Shown piece after piece: positions 54,944 through 64,000 of a stretch of 64,000 nt of DNA (positions are counted from its first letter, which is position 1; each line of letters starts with the position of its first letter). The notes beneath the pieces are model-generated. The model was given only the letters and a program-made list of their open reading frames with translations, was not told the origin of the DNA and did no database searches. A program made the position numbers and the translations under genes. This DNA is from Candidatus Omnitrophota bacterium (lineage in GTDB: Bacteria; Omnitrophota; Gorgyraeia; JAFGHF01), in contig JAFGHF010000063.1 in the NCBI GenBank assembly GCA_016939375.1, forward strand, positions 2,119 to 66,118, in the 5' to 3' direction.

Positions 54944-56470
54944 CTATTCCTGTAGAAATTTTTTCAATTTTGAGTCTTTAAAGGAAAATCTCGCGCCCAA
55001 TTTGCTGCTAATATTATCCAAAATTATCAAATCACTTTTTTCCAGGCTCTTGGTAAACAATATTGACATCAAAGCAATCAACAATATGACTACTGCTAAA
55101 GGAAATATAAACAAATTGTTACTTGCAATAATATCTTTAACTAAAGAAAAGAACAATAAAGACAAAATCACCGATAATGCCGCAGGCCTAAGATAATATT
55201 TTTTAAACAGGTGAATTCTCGCAAAGATGTAAACTTCAACCGATGCTAAAATATTTATTATTATGTACGAAACTGCCGTGGCTATGGCTGCCCCGGATAG
55301 TCCATAATCGGGGATCAATAATATATTTAAAAACAGATTTACTGCTGCCCCCAATAGAAAATTAATTGCAGAAAATGCTTGCCGTCCGATGACAATGAGC
55401 GTCATCCCATTTAGACCCATGAAGGTATGGAAGAAAAAACCGAGGCACAAAAACCTTAAGGCCATATCGGACTGCAGATATTCTTTCCCGAATAAGATCC
55501 CTATGCAAGAGCGGGGGGCTAAAAATAAAACCATAAAAATAGGCAGGGAGGCGGCGAATATCCACTTAGACGTGCTTACATATATTTTTCTCATATTATC
55601 AAATTCTTTCCTTGAATAGAGGAAAGATATCACGGGCAAGAAAATAAAAGATGTGGATTCCAAAACAAAGTTGATAGTCTGGGAAAGTGGACGGGCGGCA
55701 TTGTACATCCCTACCGTTGCCTCGGTTTTATAATAGCCTAAAAGTAAGGTGTCCGACCAGTGAATCACAATATTAAGGATGACGATACCTAAAATAGGAA
55801 GTGAAAAAAGAAGCAGTTCTCTATTCATAGGTAAATGCTTTGCCTTAGGCAGATGCTTGGGTAGGTTCTTTACGGCATAGATGGTCAATATTACCGCCGT
55901 CAATATAGTGGAAGATAAATATGCGAATATGACTCCGGAAAGCCCTCGGGACAAGACAACGGCCAGGCCTAGAAAAATAATCAAACTTAGGTAGCTGAAA
56001 ATATTATAAAAGTAGACTTTTGGCTTTACTTCGCCAAATCCTTGAAATATCGAAACCAATATGTTGACAATCACATAAAAGGGAACTGTCAATGCCAGTA
56101 TTTTCACTATGCCCGATAGCCCTGATTTATGTAAAAGATCAAAGACGCCTAACTGCGCCAAAAAGAAGACAACCATGACGGAAATAACACTTCCCAATAG
56201 CGCAAAGAAGATGGCAGCTTTGATGATGCCCCAAACCCGGGCGTAGTCACCCTTGGCCATTAAAGCGGAGATGAATCTAGCTATGCTGCGCACCAAAGCC
56301 AAAGAACAAATGGAGACAAGGATACTAGTAATAGCCAGGCCAAGAGATAATAAACCGTATTCTTCTACGGCTACATATCTTACTATTATTACTCTTACCG
56401 CTAAATTTAGCAGAGCACCCAATCCATAGCCAATAAAGATTATACCCGCACCCTTGGCTATCTTTTTCAA
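54944..56470 (-). CDS. Wzx-like oligosaccharide flippase / polysaccharide biosynthesis protein
   Basis: 508 aa, ~14 TM. Confidence 0.7.
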   Translation of the reverse strand: MKKIAKGAGIIFIGYGLGALLNLAVRVIIVRYVAVEEYGLLSLGLAITSILVSICSLALVRSIARFISALMAKGDYARVWGIIKAAIFFALLGSVISVMVVFFLAQLGVFDLLHKSGLSGIVKILALTVPFYVIVNILVSIFQGFGEVKPKVYFYNIFSYLSLIIFLGLAVVLSRGLSGVIFAYLSSTILTAVILTIYAVKNLPKHLPKAKHLPMNRELLLFSLPILGIVILNIVIHWSDTLLLGYYKTEATVGMYNAARPLSQTINFVLESTSFIFLPVISFLYSRKEFDNMRKIYVSTSKWIFAASLPIFMVLFLAPRSCIGILFGKEYLQSDMALRFLCLGFFFHTFMGLNGMTLIVIGRQAFSAINFLLGAAVNLFLNILLIPDYGLSGAAIATAVSYIIINILASVEVYIFARIHLFKKYYLRPAALSVILSLLFFSLVKDIIASNNLFIFPLAVVILLIALMSILFTKSLEKSDLIILDNISSKLGARFSFKDSKLKKFLQE

Positions 56471-56511
56471 AGAATCGTTTAATATTTCTTGCGTTTTCAG
56501 AATTACCCCTT

Positions 56512-58089
56512 TTATATTTTTCCGGATTGCCTTAGTCTTCTGACGGCATCTTCAACTTTTTCTCTCTCAATAATTTTCCTATATCCTACAGGTCTTATAG
56601 CCGGTGGAGAATTATCCCTGAAAATATGTTTTAGCACTTTTCCGTCTGCATTCTCCGGAACAGGCAAACCAAATATATGCAGTACAGTGGGAAATACATC
56701 ATAAATCTTTACATCATCTAATCTTTGGCCGCTAGGCCTTATATTAGGGCCACAGGCAATAAATATACCGTTCGGCCTGTGGCTACCATAATCCTCTTTA
56801 TAATCAATTACCGCTTTGCTTATCAGGCTGGGTATTATTGTATTTATATTATCATCAAGCCTAATGACTAAATCAGGCAAAACATTAGGTTCCCGGCTAT
56901 TGTAAATTTCTTGTTTTTTAAAGACAGAAATGGGTATGCGTTTTCCGGTCTTAGGGTCCGTTAATTCCTTTAATTTACTGATTATTGCGTCTTGCGTTGA
57001 TTCATATTCTTCGGGATTAATAGCTCCTGCCGGTTCTCTTCCTTTTACATTAAGCCATATTTCCCCGGCTGCCGTATGGGCAAATGCTTTAGTACGCTTC
57101 CAGTCTATATTCAATGCCTCGACCCTGGGAACCCTGACCTCTTTTCTTAGTTTTATCTGCATCGGCCTCGGCAAAATACCAATAATCTTTCTGGCCACAT
57201 TCCTAAGCTTTAGTTTTTCAATATATCTCTGTAGATATAAAACCAATTCTTTGTAACCAAGCTTCTTCTTTAGAGTCAAATAGCCGTTTTTCAAAAGCCA
57301 CTGGTTAATATTGAAGGTCCTTTCTCCCGTACCAAATCCGTGGTCGGAAACCACAAAAACGTCGGCATCTGCCCCCTTAAGCTCCAATAACTCTTTTACT
57401 TTTTGATCTAATTCTCTATACATATCTAAAATGGCCTCTTGATCGTCCCAAAAGCGATGTTGAATTCTATCCAGGGCAGTAAATACAAAAAAAGCGAAGT
57501 CCCATTCTTGACTTTTTAACAAAAAGTTGAATGCCTGAGAATGTTTGAGAAGGACATCTTTAACCTTGACCCGCAATTTATCTCGGCTATAAACTTCTAT
57601 CAACATGTCTTTATCAAAATCGATTTCTGTCACGTCGATCTTATAGCCGCTACATACATTATTTAAGTTCTTCTCCAGTTCAGGTGGATAGGTTAAGTTT
57701 TTGCCGCAGCTGTACCAGCCGGCTACCATCTGGCCGTTTATCTCATATGCGCTATAGACATGAGGCACATTGGCTATACATATCTTCTTCCCATTATCAG
57801 AAAGAATATCCCAAAGGTTGTTTTTAGGAAGGCTCCTTTTGTAAAAAAATGGTTTAAAATCATAGCCTATTTTTACCATTAAAGTCGAAAAACCCAATTT
57901 GCCGGGCTCGATGCCCGCGGAAAGGCTGTTCCAGGCCGGTATCGTCCAGGCAGGTATTGTGCTTTGAAAATCAGCCCAGACGCCGTTGTCCATAAGCCTT
58001 TTGATTGTAGGAAGCTCTCCCCTGTCCACAGCCGGCTTCATTAGGCCCCAGGTTGCTCCGTCTAGGCCGATAATAATTACTTTAGACAT
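56512..58089 (-). CDS. Nucleotide pyrophosphatase/phosphodiesterase (type I phosphodiesterase, alkaline phosphatase superfamily)
   Basis: IIGLDGATW N-terminus. Confidence 0.75.
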   Translation of the reverse strand: MSKVIIIGLDGATWGLMKPAVDRGELPTIKRLMDNGVWADFQSTIPAWTIPAWNSLSAGIEPGKLGFSTLMVKIGYDFKPFFYKRSLPKNNLWDILSDNGKKICIANVPHVYSAYEINGQMVAGWYSCGKNLTYPPELEKNLNNVCSGYKIDVTEIDFDKDMLIEVYSRDKLRVKVKDVLLKHSQAFNFLLKSQEWDFAFFVFTALDRIQHRFWDDQEAILDMYRELDQKVKELLELKGADADVFVVSDHGFGTGERTFNINQWLLKNGYLTLKKKLGYKELVLYLQRYIEKLKLRNVARKIIGILPRPMQIKLRKEVRVPRVEALNIDWKRTKAFAHTAAGEIWLNVKGREPAGAINPEEYESTQDAIISKLKELTDPKTGKRIPISVFKKQEIYNSREPNVLPDLVIRLDDNINTIIPSLISKAVIDYKEDYGSHRPNGIFIACGPNIRPSGQRLDDVKIYDVFPTVLHIFGLPVPENADGKVLKHIFRDNSPPAIRPVGYRKIIEREKVEDAVRRLRQSGKI

Positions 58090-59005
58090 TCTCGGATCCC
58101 CTTTTTTTAGTCTTTTTAGAAAATATAAACCGGAAAAACCTTTTGCAAAAATTCGCTACACCCAAGTTGCTTTTTCCCATTAACTTTCTAAGCGTGCTTT
58201 TTAATGCGGGGTATATAATAGAGGCCAAAATAAACAGAAATTTTTGATTAATGCTGCCATATCGCTTCAAGGCCATGATCTTGGAATCGAGTGATAAAAA
58301 ATAATGCTTTCTCCACCTTTCTTCGCTTTTCTTTTTAAATCCGCCCCGTTTATGATAGACAATGGCTTCGGGCGCAAATTTAGCCCTCCAGCCTCTATTG
58401 TGTGCCCGCCAAGATAGCTCTGCATCTTCATAGTTACTGCCATATTCTTCATCATACATACCGATGTCTTCTATCATCTTTCTACTGTATAAACATGCAG
58501 CCGAACATGCCCCGATAATTTCAAGTTTATTATCAAATTGTCCTTTATCTATCTGGTCATGACCCCGGTCGATGATTCTGCCAAATCGAAATATATGTCC
58601 TGTCGAATCTATAATATGAGGATTGTCCATTCTCAATACCTTAGGTTGTACAATTCCGATTTGATGATCGCTTTCAGCAACAACTACTAATTTTTTTAGA
58701 CAATCGGGGTCAGCCTTTGCATCGCAGTTTATTAAAAAAACATACTGCACATCATTGTTTGTCAAAGATTCTCTCATCCCCCGATTATATCCTCCGGAAG
58801 AACCGAGATTTTCTCTGTTAACAATCAATCTTACATCCGGAAACCCCTTTTTAATTGCCTCCTGAGAGCCGTCCGTAGAACAATTATCTACTACGATAAT
58901 CTCATAATTGCCATATAGTAACTTTTGTACGCTATCTATAGCGTCAAGCACATACTCTATTCCATTATAGTTGATGATGATTACGCAGACTTTCGGTTCT
59001 TGCAT
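58082..59005 (-). CDS. Glycosyltransferase family 2
   Basis: VIIINYNG...DNCSTDGS. Confidence 0.85.
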   Translation of the reverse strand: MQEPKVCVIIINYNGIEYVLDAIDSVQKLLYGNYEIIVVDNCSTDGSQEAIKKGFPDVRLIVNRENLGSSGGYNRGMRESLTNNDVQYVFLINCDAKADPDCLKKLVVVAESDHQIGIVQPKVLRMDNPHIIDSTGHIFRFGRIIDRGHDQIDKGQFDNKLEIIGACSAACLYSRKMIEDIGMYDEEYGSNYEDAELSWRAHNRGWRAKFAPEAIVYHKRGGFKKKSEERWRKHYFLSLDSKIMALKRYGSINQKFLFILASIIYPALKSTLRKLMGKSNLGVANFCKRFFRFIFSKKTKKRGSENV

Positions 59006-59021
59006 CTTTAAAACTCCGTTT

Positions 59022-59231
59022 TTAACCTAAATAGCCCAGATCTTCGAGACGCTTCTTTATCTGTCCATCGTCTTCTGTTTCATTTTTGGATACGTCATCG
59101 GCAACGATCTCTTTCAGCACAAAAGTGATATAATCAGACAGCGAGTTAAAACTGCTGTTTTCAATACGTTTCTCCACCGCCTCTAAGATATCCTCAGGAA
59201 TAGTTATCGTCACTTCCTTTTTATTTGGCAT
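59022..59231 (-). CDS. Ribbon-helix-helix (CopG/Arc/MetJ-like) small DNA-binding protein
   Basis: 69 aa, KEVTITIPEDILEAVEKRI. Confidence 0.55.
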   Translation of the reverse strand: MPNKKEVTITIPEDILEAVEKRIENSSFNSLSDYITFVLKEIVADDVSKNETEDDGQIKKRLEDLGYLG

Positions 59232-59283
59232 AGCAGACTCCCTTTTTTGAATCTTATCCGATTCCTTTTTAACCCTCTATTGC

Positions 59284-60678
59284 TTACTTAAGCACTTTCT
59301 TTATTTCACCGTCTTGTATATTTATTAGTTTTTCTATCTCCTGCCTAAGGGTTTTGGTGAGATCTTTCTTTTCATTAGCAAGATTAACCAATTCTTGGGG
59401 GTCATCTTTTAAATTAAATAGCTCTTCTCTTTGATGATGAACAAATCCACATCTCGGACATATTCTACGAGGGCCCAAAGAAAAAGAATATTTCCACTCA
59501 TTATCTATAATACCTATCCTTTTGCCTACACCGATTCGCTCATGCATAAAACCAAATAGAACCGGTCTTGGCTTAACACGCGTTGGTTCATTTATTAACG
59601 TCAATAAGCTCTCTCCGTCAAAAATATGGTTAGTTTTTATATTTAAGAAATCTAAGATGGTGGGGACGACATCTATGTGGCGGGCAAATGGCCTGACCCT
59701 GCTACCTTTGTATGCTCCCTTGGGAAATTTTATGATCAAGGCTGCTTTAAGGATTTCCTCAAAATGGGTATGGTGGCCAAAATAGGCATTGTGCTCCCCC
59801 AGCCCCTCACCGTGGTCGAAAGTCACTATTATCATTGTATTATCAAAAAGGTTGTTAGCTTTAAAATAAGAAATCAAGCTACCTATCTGCTCATCAATAT
59901 AATTTAGGGAACCGATATATCTTTGCACTATTTCATCGGTAGACCTCGCAGAATAAGTACACATCTTCATATATCTTTTATACTTCGGTCCGCTGATTCG
60001 GTCAATAATCTCTTTGATCTTTTTATTATATTTGGACTTAACGTGTTTAAACCTCCTGACATATTGCGGCGGCGGGTCATAGGGGGTATGGGTGTCCCAA
60101 AAATGCAAAAACAGGAAAAAAGGCCTTTTATCAATGATACCCTTTGCATGTTCAACTACTTTTTCCGCATAATCATAAGCAGCAATGGTTCCAGGTAGGT
60201 GCTTAAGAAACCAGTAAGGAAGTCTGGGGAAAATCTTACAAATCGCCCTGTGTCCAAAATCAAGCATTGACTGCATCCTGTTTTTTCTAAGGCTGCCGCT
60301 ATAATAGTCAAAACCCGTTTTGTACCAACGGCCTAAGAAGTCAATGGCTGAGGTCACATATCCGCTCTCTTTTAAAATTCTGGGAAGAAATTGGTCGTCT
60401 TTAAGAGAAACAAACCTTTTTTCATATTTGCTAACCCACGGCCCGTGGTGAATTATACCGTGCGACCAGGGCCACAAACCAGTCAAAATACTGGTATGTA
60501 CGGGGTCTGTTCCGAATAAAAAGGAATAGGCGTTATCAAATACTACGGATTCTCCGGCCAGGCTATCAATATTGGGCGTTGCCCCTAAACTACTGCCGTA
60601 ACAACCTAAAAAATCCTTTCTAAACGCATCCAGTGTTAAGAGAACGATATTGCAGGGAGCATCTGAAGCTTGGTTCAT
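59284..60678 (-). CDS. Sulfatase-family (alkaline phosphatase superfamily) protein lacking the formylglycine C/S-x-P-x-R motif (T-D-P-V-H instead)
   Basis: IVLLTLDAFRKDFLGCYG...TPNIDSLA...FGTDPVHTSILTG and C-terminal ELFNLKDDPQELVNLA. Confidence 0.7.
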   Translation of the reverse strand: MNQASDAPCNIVLLTLDAFRKDFLGCYGSSLGATPNIDSLAGESVVFDNAYSFLFGTDPVHTSILTGLWPWSHGIIHHGPWVSKYEKRFVSLKDDQFLPRILKESGYVTSAIDFLGRWYKTGFDYYSGSLRKNRMQSMLDFGHRAICKIFPRLPYWFLKHLPGTIAAYDYAEKVVEHAKGIIDKRPFFLFLHFWDTHTPYDPPPQYVRRFKHVKSKYNKKIKEIIDRISGPKYKRYMKMCTYSARSTDEIVQRYIGSLNYIDEQIGSLISYFKANNLFDNTMIIVTFDHGEGLGEHNAYFGHHTHFEEILKAALIIKFPKGAYKGSRVRPFARHIDVVPTILDFLNIKTNHIFDGESLLTLINEPTRVKPRPVLFGFMHERIGVGKRIGIIDNEWKYSFSLGPRRICPRCGFVHHQREELFNLKDDPQELVNLANEKKDLTKTLRQEIEKLINIQDGEIKKVLK

Positions 60679-60694
60679 TTATTTAGTCTCTTTT

Positions 60695-61843
60695 TTATCG
60701 TTTTGGCAGATTCGAGTCTGCTGTCAGCATAAAGCTTTCTATTGCCTTAACCACCTTATCCCAGGCAAAAAAACCCTTTCTTTTCTTTATATTTTCTACG
60801 AAGTCTGTGTGATCCTGTTGAAAAAAACTTAAAATTGCTTGCGCCAAAGAATTGCTATCTTCGGGTTTGGCTATATAACCTGTTTTGCCGTCCAAAACCA
60901 AATCCGGCATAGGACCTATATCAGTAGTAACAACCGGCTTATCGAAAGCAAGGGCTAAAGCCACTGCCCCACTCCCCGTTACACTTATATAAGGAAAAAC
61001 GGCTAAGTCTGCTGCCTCAAAATATTTTTCTACCTCTTCGTTAGGGATATACCGGTCGATAACCTTTACCCTTTTTCCTATGTTTAACTTATTTATCAAA
61101 TCGATATAATAGGATTTATTTTTCCAAAATTCACCGGCTACAATAAGCGTAATGTCTTCTAATTCCTTTAATACTCTGGGCATTGCTTCCAACAAATACT
61201 TCAGTCCTTTATATTCTCTTACAATACCAAAAAATAAAATAACTCTTCCCTTAATCCCCAATTTATCCTTAGCCCCATCTTTACTTAACCCCCCTTGTCT
61301 AAATACATCATATATGGGATGGAAGGCTGTTTTTATGTCGGCCCCTGGAATCAGTTTGAGCAAATTCTCTTTCTCTTTTTGGGAATGCACGATAAAATAG
61401 TCGCCATTGCTCAAAGCGATGCGCGCGCAGGCTCTATCAAGAAACCTTGATTCGTGCATTTGAGTATTATGGCAGATAAAGAGGACTTTTGTTTTGCAGG
61501 ATAATTTTACTATCCAACAAATCGCTGCAAATTGGGGGGTCCAGAATATATGCCACCACGGAAGAATCAAAAGCTTTACCGAAGATCTTTTGATTAATAG
61601 CGCGGTTTTAATCCAGGAAAACGGATTTAAGGAATCGAGAGTAAACTTTATATTCTCTTCTTTTATTTTTGTCTTACTTTCATCCAAATCTGTCTGCGCG
61701 GGATATAACCACTTTGGATATTGTCGGCGGAAGGAAAAAAACACAACCCGATGTTTTTTTATGAGCTCTCTGTAGAGTAACGTTGTATAATGTGAGATAC
61801 CGCCTTTGTAAGGATAGGAAGGGCCGACTAAAGCTATTTTCAT
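60695..61843 (-). CDS. Glycosyltransferase family 4
   Basis: 382 aa; C-terminal GT4 EX7E-like region. Confidence 0.8.
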   Translation of the reverse strand: MKIALVGPSYPYKGGISHYTTLLYRELIKKHRVVFFSFRRQYPKWLYPAQTDLDESKTKIKEENIKFTLDSLNPFSWIKTALLIKRSSVKLLILPWWHIFWTPQFAAICWIVKLSCKTKVLFICHNTQMHESRFLDRACARIALSNGDYFIVHSQKEKENLLKLIPGADIKTAFHPIYDVFRQGGLSKDGAKDKLGIKGRVILFFGIVREYKGLKYLLEAMPRVLKELEDITLIVAGEFWKNKSYYIDLINKLNIGKRVKVIDRYIPNEEVEKYFEAADLAVFPYISVTGSGAVALALAFDKPVVTTDIGPMPDLVLDGKTGYIAKPEDSNSLAQAILSFFQQDHTDFVENIKKRKGFFAWDKVVKAIESFMLTADSNLPKR

Positions 61844-61852
61844 TCAATAGGC

Positions 61853-62803
61853 CTAACTCTTTCTCTTGATCTTTATCAGTATCTTTTCTATAAGTTTTCT
61901 GTTAGATGAAACTAAATCGGCGACCAGGCCGAAGACCATCACTTGAAGACCGATCAGCGATAAAACAGCTCCTAATATCAGCGATTGAATATGCCCAGTA
62001 GGATTTAGATTAAATATATAGAAGTATAAATATCTTAAAAACAAAACAGTACCGCAGAAAAATACAACAAGACCGATCATCATAAACACATAAAGGGCCT
62101 CGTACATAGTATAGATCCTTAAAATTGTATTTGCTGACTTTGTTATGTATTGAAATATGCTTTTGTATAACCTTGATTTGCGTAAGGGAGGGTTTGTTCT
62201 TACGGATACATTGCTGATGGCTAGGTTTTTCTTTCCCGCCTCTATTATAGTCTCCAATGTATAACTGAATTCAGAGACAATATTTATCTCTAATAAGGCC
62301 TTTCTGCTATATGCTCTAAAACCGGTACTGGCATCGGGAATATTTGTTCCGGAAACACGCCGCACCACCCAACTTCCCATTTTTTGTAATATCTTTTTAA
62401 AAACCGAAAAATGTCTAATATGGTCTATATCCCGGCTGCCCACTACTATATCGGCCTCACCATCAATAATAGGCTTGACTAATTTCTTGATATCTTCGCC
62501 CCGGTATTGATTATCGCCGTCTGTATTGACAAGTATATCCGCGCCCAGACTTAAGGCAGCCTCGACTCCTGCCTCAAATGCCCGGGCTAGTCCTTTCCTG
62601 CCCCTGAATCTGACAATGTGTTCGACTCCATGCTCTTTGGCCACCTCACTGGTCCTATCAGTGCTGCCATCATCTATTACCAATACCTCGACTTTTGATA
62701 CGTTTTCAATCTTTCTCGGTATATCTTTTAAGGTAATGGGAAGCGTCTTTGCTTCATTTAAACACGGTATCTGCACTATCACCTTCAAATCTTGCTTTTC
62801 CAT
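61853..62803 (-). CDS. Polyprenol-phosphate glycosyltransferase (GT2, DPM1/ArnC/GtrB-like) with C-terminal TM helices
   Basis: VLVIDDGSTDRT plus two C-terminal TM segments. Confidence 0.8.
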   Translation of the reverse strand: MEKQDLKVIVQIPCLNEAKTLPITLKDIPRKIENVSKVEVLVIDDGSTDRTSEVAKEHGVEHIVRFRGRKGLARAFEAGVEAALSLGADILVNTDGDNQYRGEDIKKLVKPIIDGEADIVVGSRDIDHIRHFSVFKKILQKMGSWVVRRVSGTNIPDASTGFRAYSRKALLEINIVSEFSYTLETIIEAGKKNLAISNVSVRTNPPLRKSRLYKSIFQYITKSANTILRIYTMYEALYVFMMIGLVVFFCGTVLFLRYLYFYIFNLNPTGHIQSLILGAVLSLIGLQVMVFGLVADLVSSNRKLIEKILIKIKRKS

Positions 62804-62923
62804 ACCCCCCCCTAAATATTCAGACCTTTTTTACTATTTATTAGTATTGTACACAAAATAGAAATCCTCTGCAACATATTTTATTGCAAGGAGTTAAAGA
62901 CAATCTGGCCCTGGCGAGTGTGC

Positions 62924-63940
62924 TCAACGCCCAATTTTATATATTTCCCATACCAGGTCAAAAGACGGCTCAAAAACATCTTTGCCCTTGCAGCTTAACC
63001 TGATTTCTTCCACGGTCTCACCGTTGAAGAAATTGTTACTGCCGTCGTTCAAGGTACCAGGGACCTCTTTTACATAGGGGTGCGCCCAGATCCCGGAAAT
63101 CACATTTTCGCTGACTAGGCGGTGTTTTATTATCCTGCCGTTTTTCAACTTATATTCAATCAAGGCTTCTTTCTCTTTCCATATGAACTTTTTCACCTTA
63201 GCCTTAAGCGTGCGCTTAAACCCGGTCTTGGCCCTAATTACACTGTGCTCAAAGTCCGGCACCTCTATCCACTGTCCCCATCGGCAGCTCTTAGTATCTA
63301 AGGTAGCGGGCTTTTTAAAGGTCTTCGCTTTTTTTCGCTTAAACAAAACCGTCCTTTTATCAGAGAAGACCGGCTCATAACTGTCAAATATCTGCAAAAT
63401 AGTTTTCGGCTCATCGTTTAGCAAATATCTTTTATCGATGCTCCCGATCGGTCCTTTAGCCCTTTCGCTCACCCATATAATATAAAGCGGAGCGTCCTCG
63501 CTTGTAAAGAAATTGTAATTATACTCATCTAACTTCGGCGTATAGGCAAAATAAGATTGGAATACCGGCCTGGGTCGCCAATTTAAATCATTGGCCGCAA
63601 CATAAGTCAAATTCCAAGGATATATGTCGACAGTATGGCCATCGATCAAGCCTAGCATCTTTTGGGGCAACTTCTCATCAGCCAGGTTACTTTGCGAAAG
63701 ATCTTTCAATTTCTCCCCATAATACCTTAAATTTACCGCATGATACAGATTCTTATACCCTTCTAAGGTCTTTTTTTGAGCAGGCAAAGATGCTCTCTTT
63801 AGCATCCCGCTGATCGTATGTACGTCCATTACAGACAAGGCAAAGAAAAAAGACAAAATAATATACCAGAAAAAACAAAATCTGATCTTCTTCTTAGGCG
63901 CTATCGGTTGCAGCAGTATTATAAATATATATATGATCAC
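62924..63940 (-). CDS. Hypothetical membrane-anchored protein
   Basis: N-terminal TM segments; no recognised motif. Confidence 0.4.
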   Translation of the reverse strand: MIIYIFIILLQPIAPKKKIRFCFFWYIILSFFFALSVMDVHTISGMLKRASLPAQKKTLEGYKNLYHAVNLRYYGEKLKDLSQSNLADEKLPQKMLGLIDGHTVDIYPWNLTYVAANDLNWRPRPVFQSYFAYTPKLDEYNYNFFTSEDAPLYIIWVSERAKGPIGSIDKRYLLNDEPKTILQIFDSYEPVFSDKRTVLFKRKKAKTFKKPATLDTKSCRWGQWIEVPDFEHSVIRAKTGFKRTLKAKVKKFIWKEKEALIEYKLKNGRIIKHRLVSENVISGIWAHPYVKEVPGTLNDGSNNFFNGETVEEIRLSCKGKDVFEPSFDLVWEIYKIGR

Positions 63941-64000
63941 AAAATTAAAGAAAAACGCGAGGTGCCCGTACCCCTGCCTGGTGAAACTATATTTGAACTG

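Noticed and set aside
1-64000. CRISPR arrays, tRNA/rRNA genes, transposases/integrases, prophage genes
   Set aside because: Intergenic regions were scanned. There are no repeat-spacer periodicity, cloverleaf-like sequences, DDE/tyrosine recombinase ORFs or phage structural genes. The only repeats found are the hairpin pairs and the 41-nt element reported above.

Overview
64 kb window from what looks like an uncultivated bacterium. Moderate GC, very compact, almost everything encoded on the minus strand. The lineage guess (Omnitrophota-like or similar) is low-confidence and rests only on the mix of T4P and two-component genes. No transposase, integrase, CRISPR array, rRNA or tRNA was seen, so this reads as core chromosome rather than a mobile island. 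Four blocks, all as minus-strand gene order:

(1) Nitrogen assimilation cluster, 1-8407: gltB (partial; absent from the ORF track because its 3' end runs off the window start), a stand-alone Fis/NtrC-type HTH protein, glnA, glnB (P-II), amtB, an ECF-like sigma protein and a GAF-ANTAR RNA-binding antiterminator. glnA and amtB each sit behind a leader carrying a shared ~35-nt box plus an intrinsic terminator hairpin directly in front of the RBS. This is a strong candidate ANTAR antitermination regulon.

(2) asnB, a TIGR01212 radical-SAM gene and mnmG, followed by a complete type IV pilus / T2SS-like module: a five-gene tandem array of single-domain response regulators and two histidine kinases lie immediately upstream of pilB, pilC, the major pilin, two pseudopilins, a PilX-like protein with a C-terminal discoidin (F5/8 type C) domain, a PilM-PilN fusion, PilO and a PilP-like protein.

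(3) Further upstream the two-component array continues to ~33.8 kb: 10 stand-alone REC proteins, 4 histidine kinases and 1 PAS protein in total, with no Hpt, CheA, MCP or DNA-binding output domains.

(4) Miscellaneous: YjbQ, a TtcA-like PP-loop ATPase, a divergent AdoMetDC paralog behind a long leader, FAH, TatD, pilT, and a polyamine operon (membrane-domain paralog, speH, membrane-anchored speE). On the plus strand, a leaderless operon encodes a membrane protein and a ParA-like ATPase fused to a CBM48 glycogen-binding domain. Then denV, msrA, a stand-alone MshEN (c-di-GMP receptor) domain protein, and a ~15 kb glycoconjugate/envelope locus (GDPD, LtaS-like, GT39, GT2 x3, GT4, flippase, NPP, and a sulfatase-family protein with Thr/His in place of the FGly Cys/Arg).

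One anomaly stands apart: a ~41-nt near-identical element that folds into a hairpin and occurs once inside the mnmG coding region and once in the pilin 3' UTR.

All calls come from reading translations and motifs by eye. No database searches were run.
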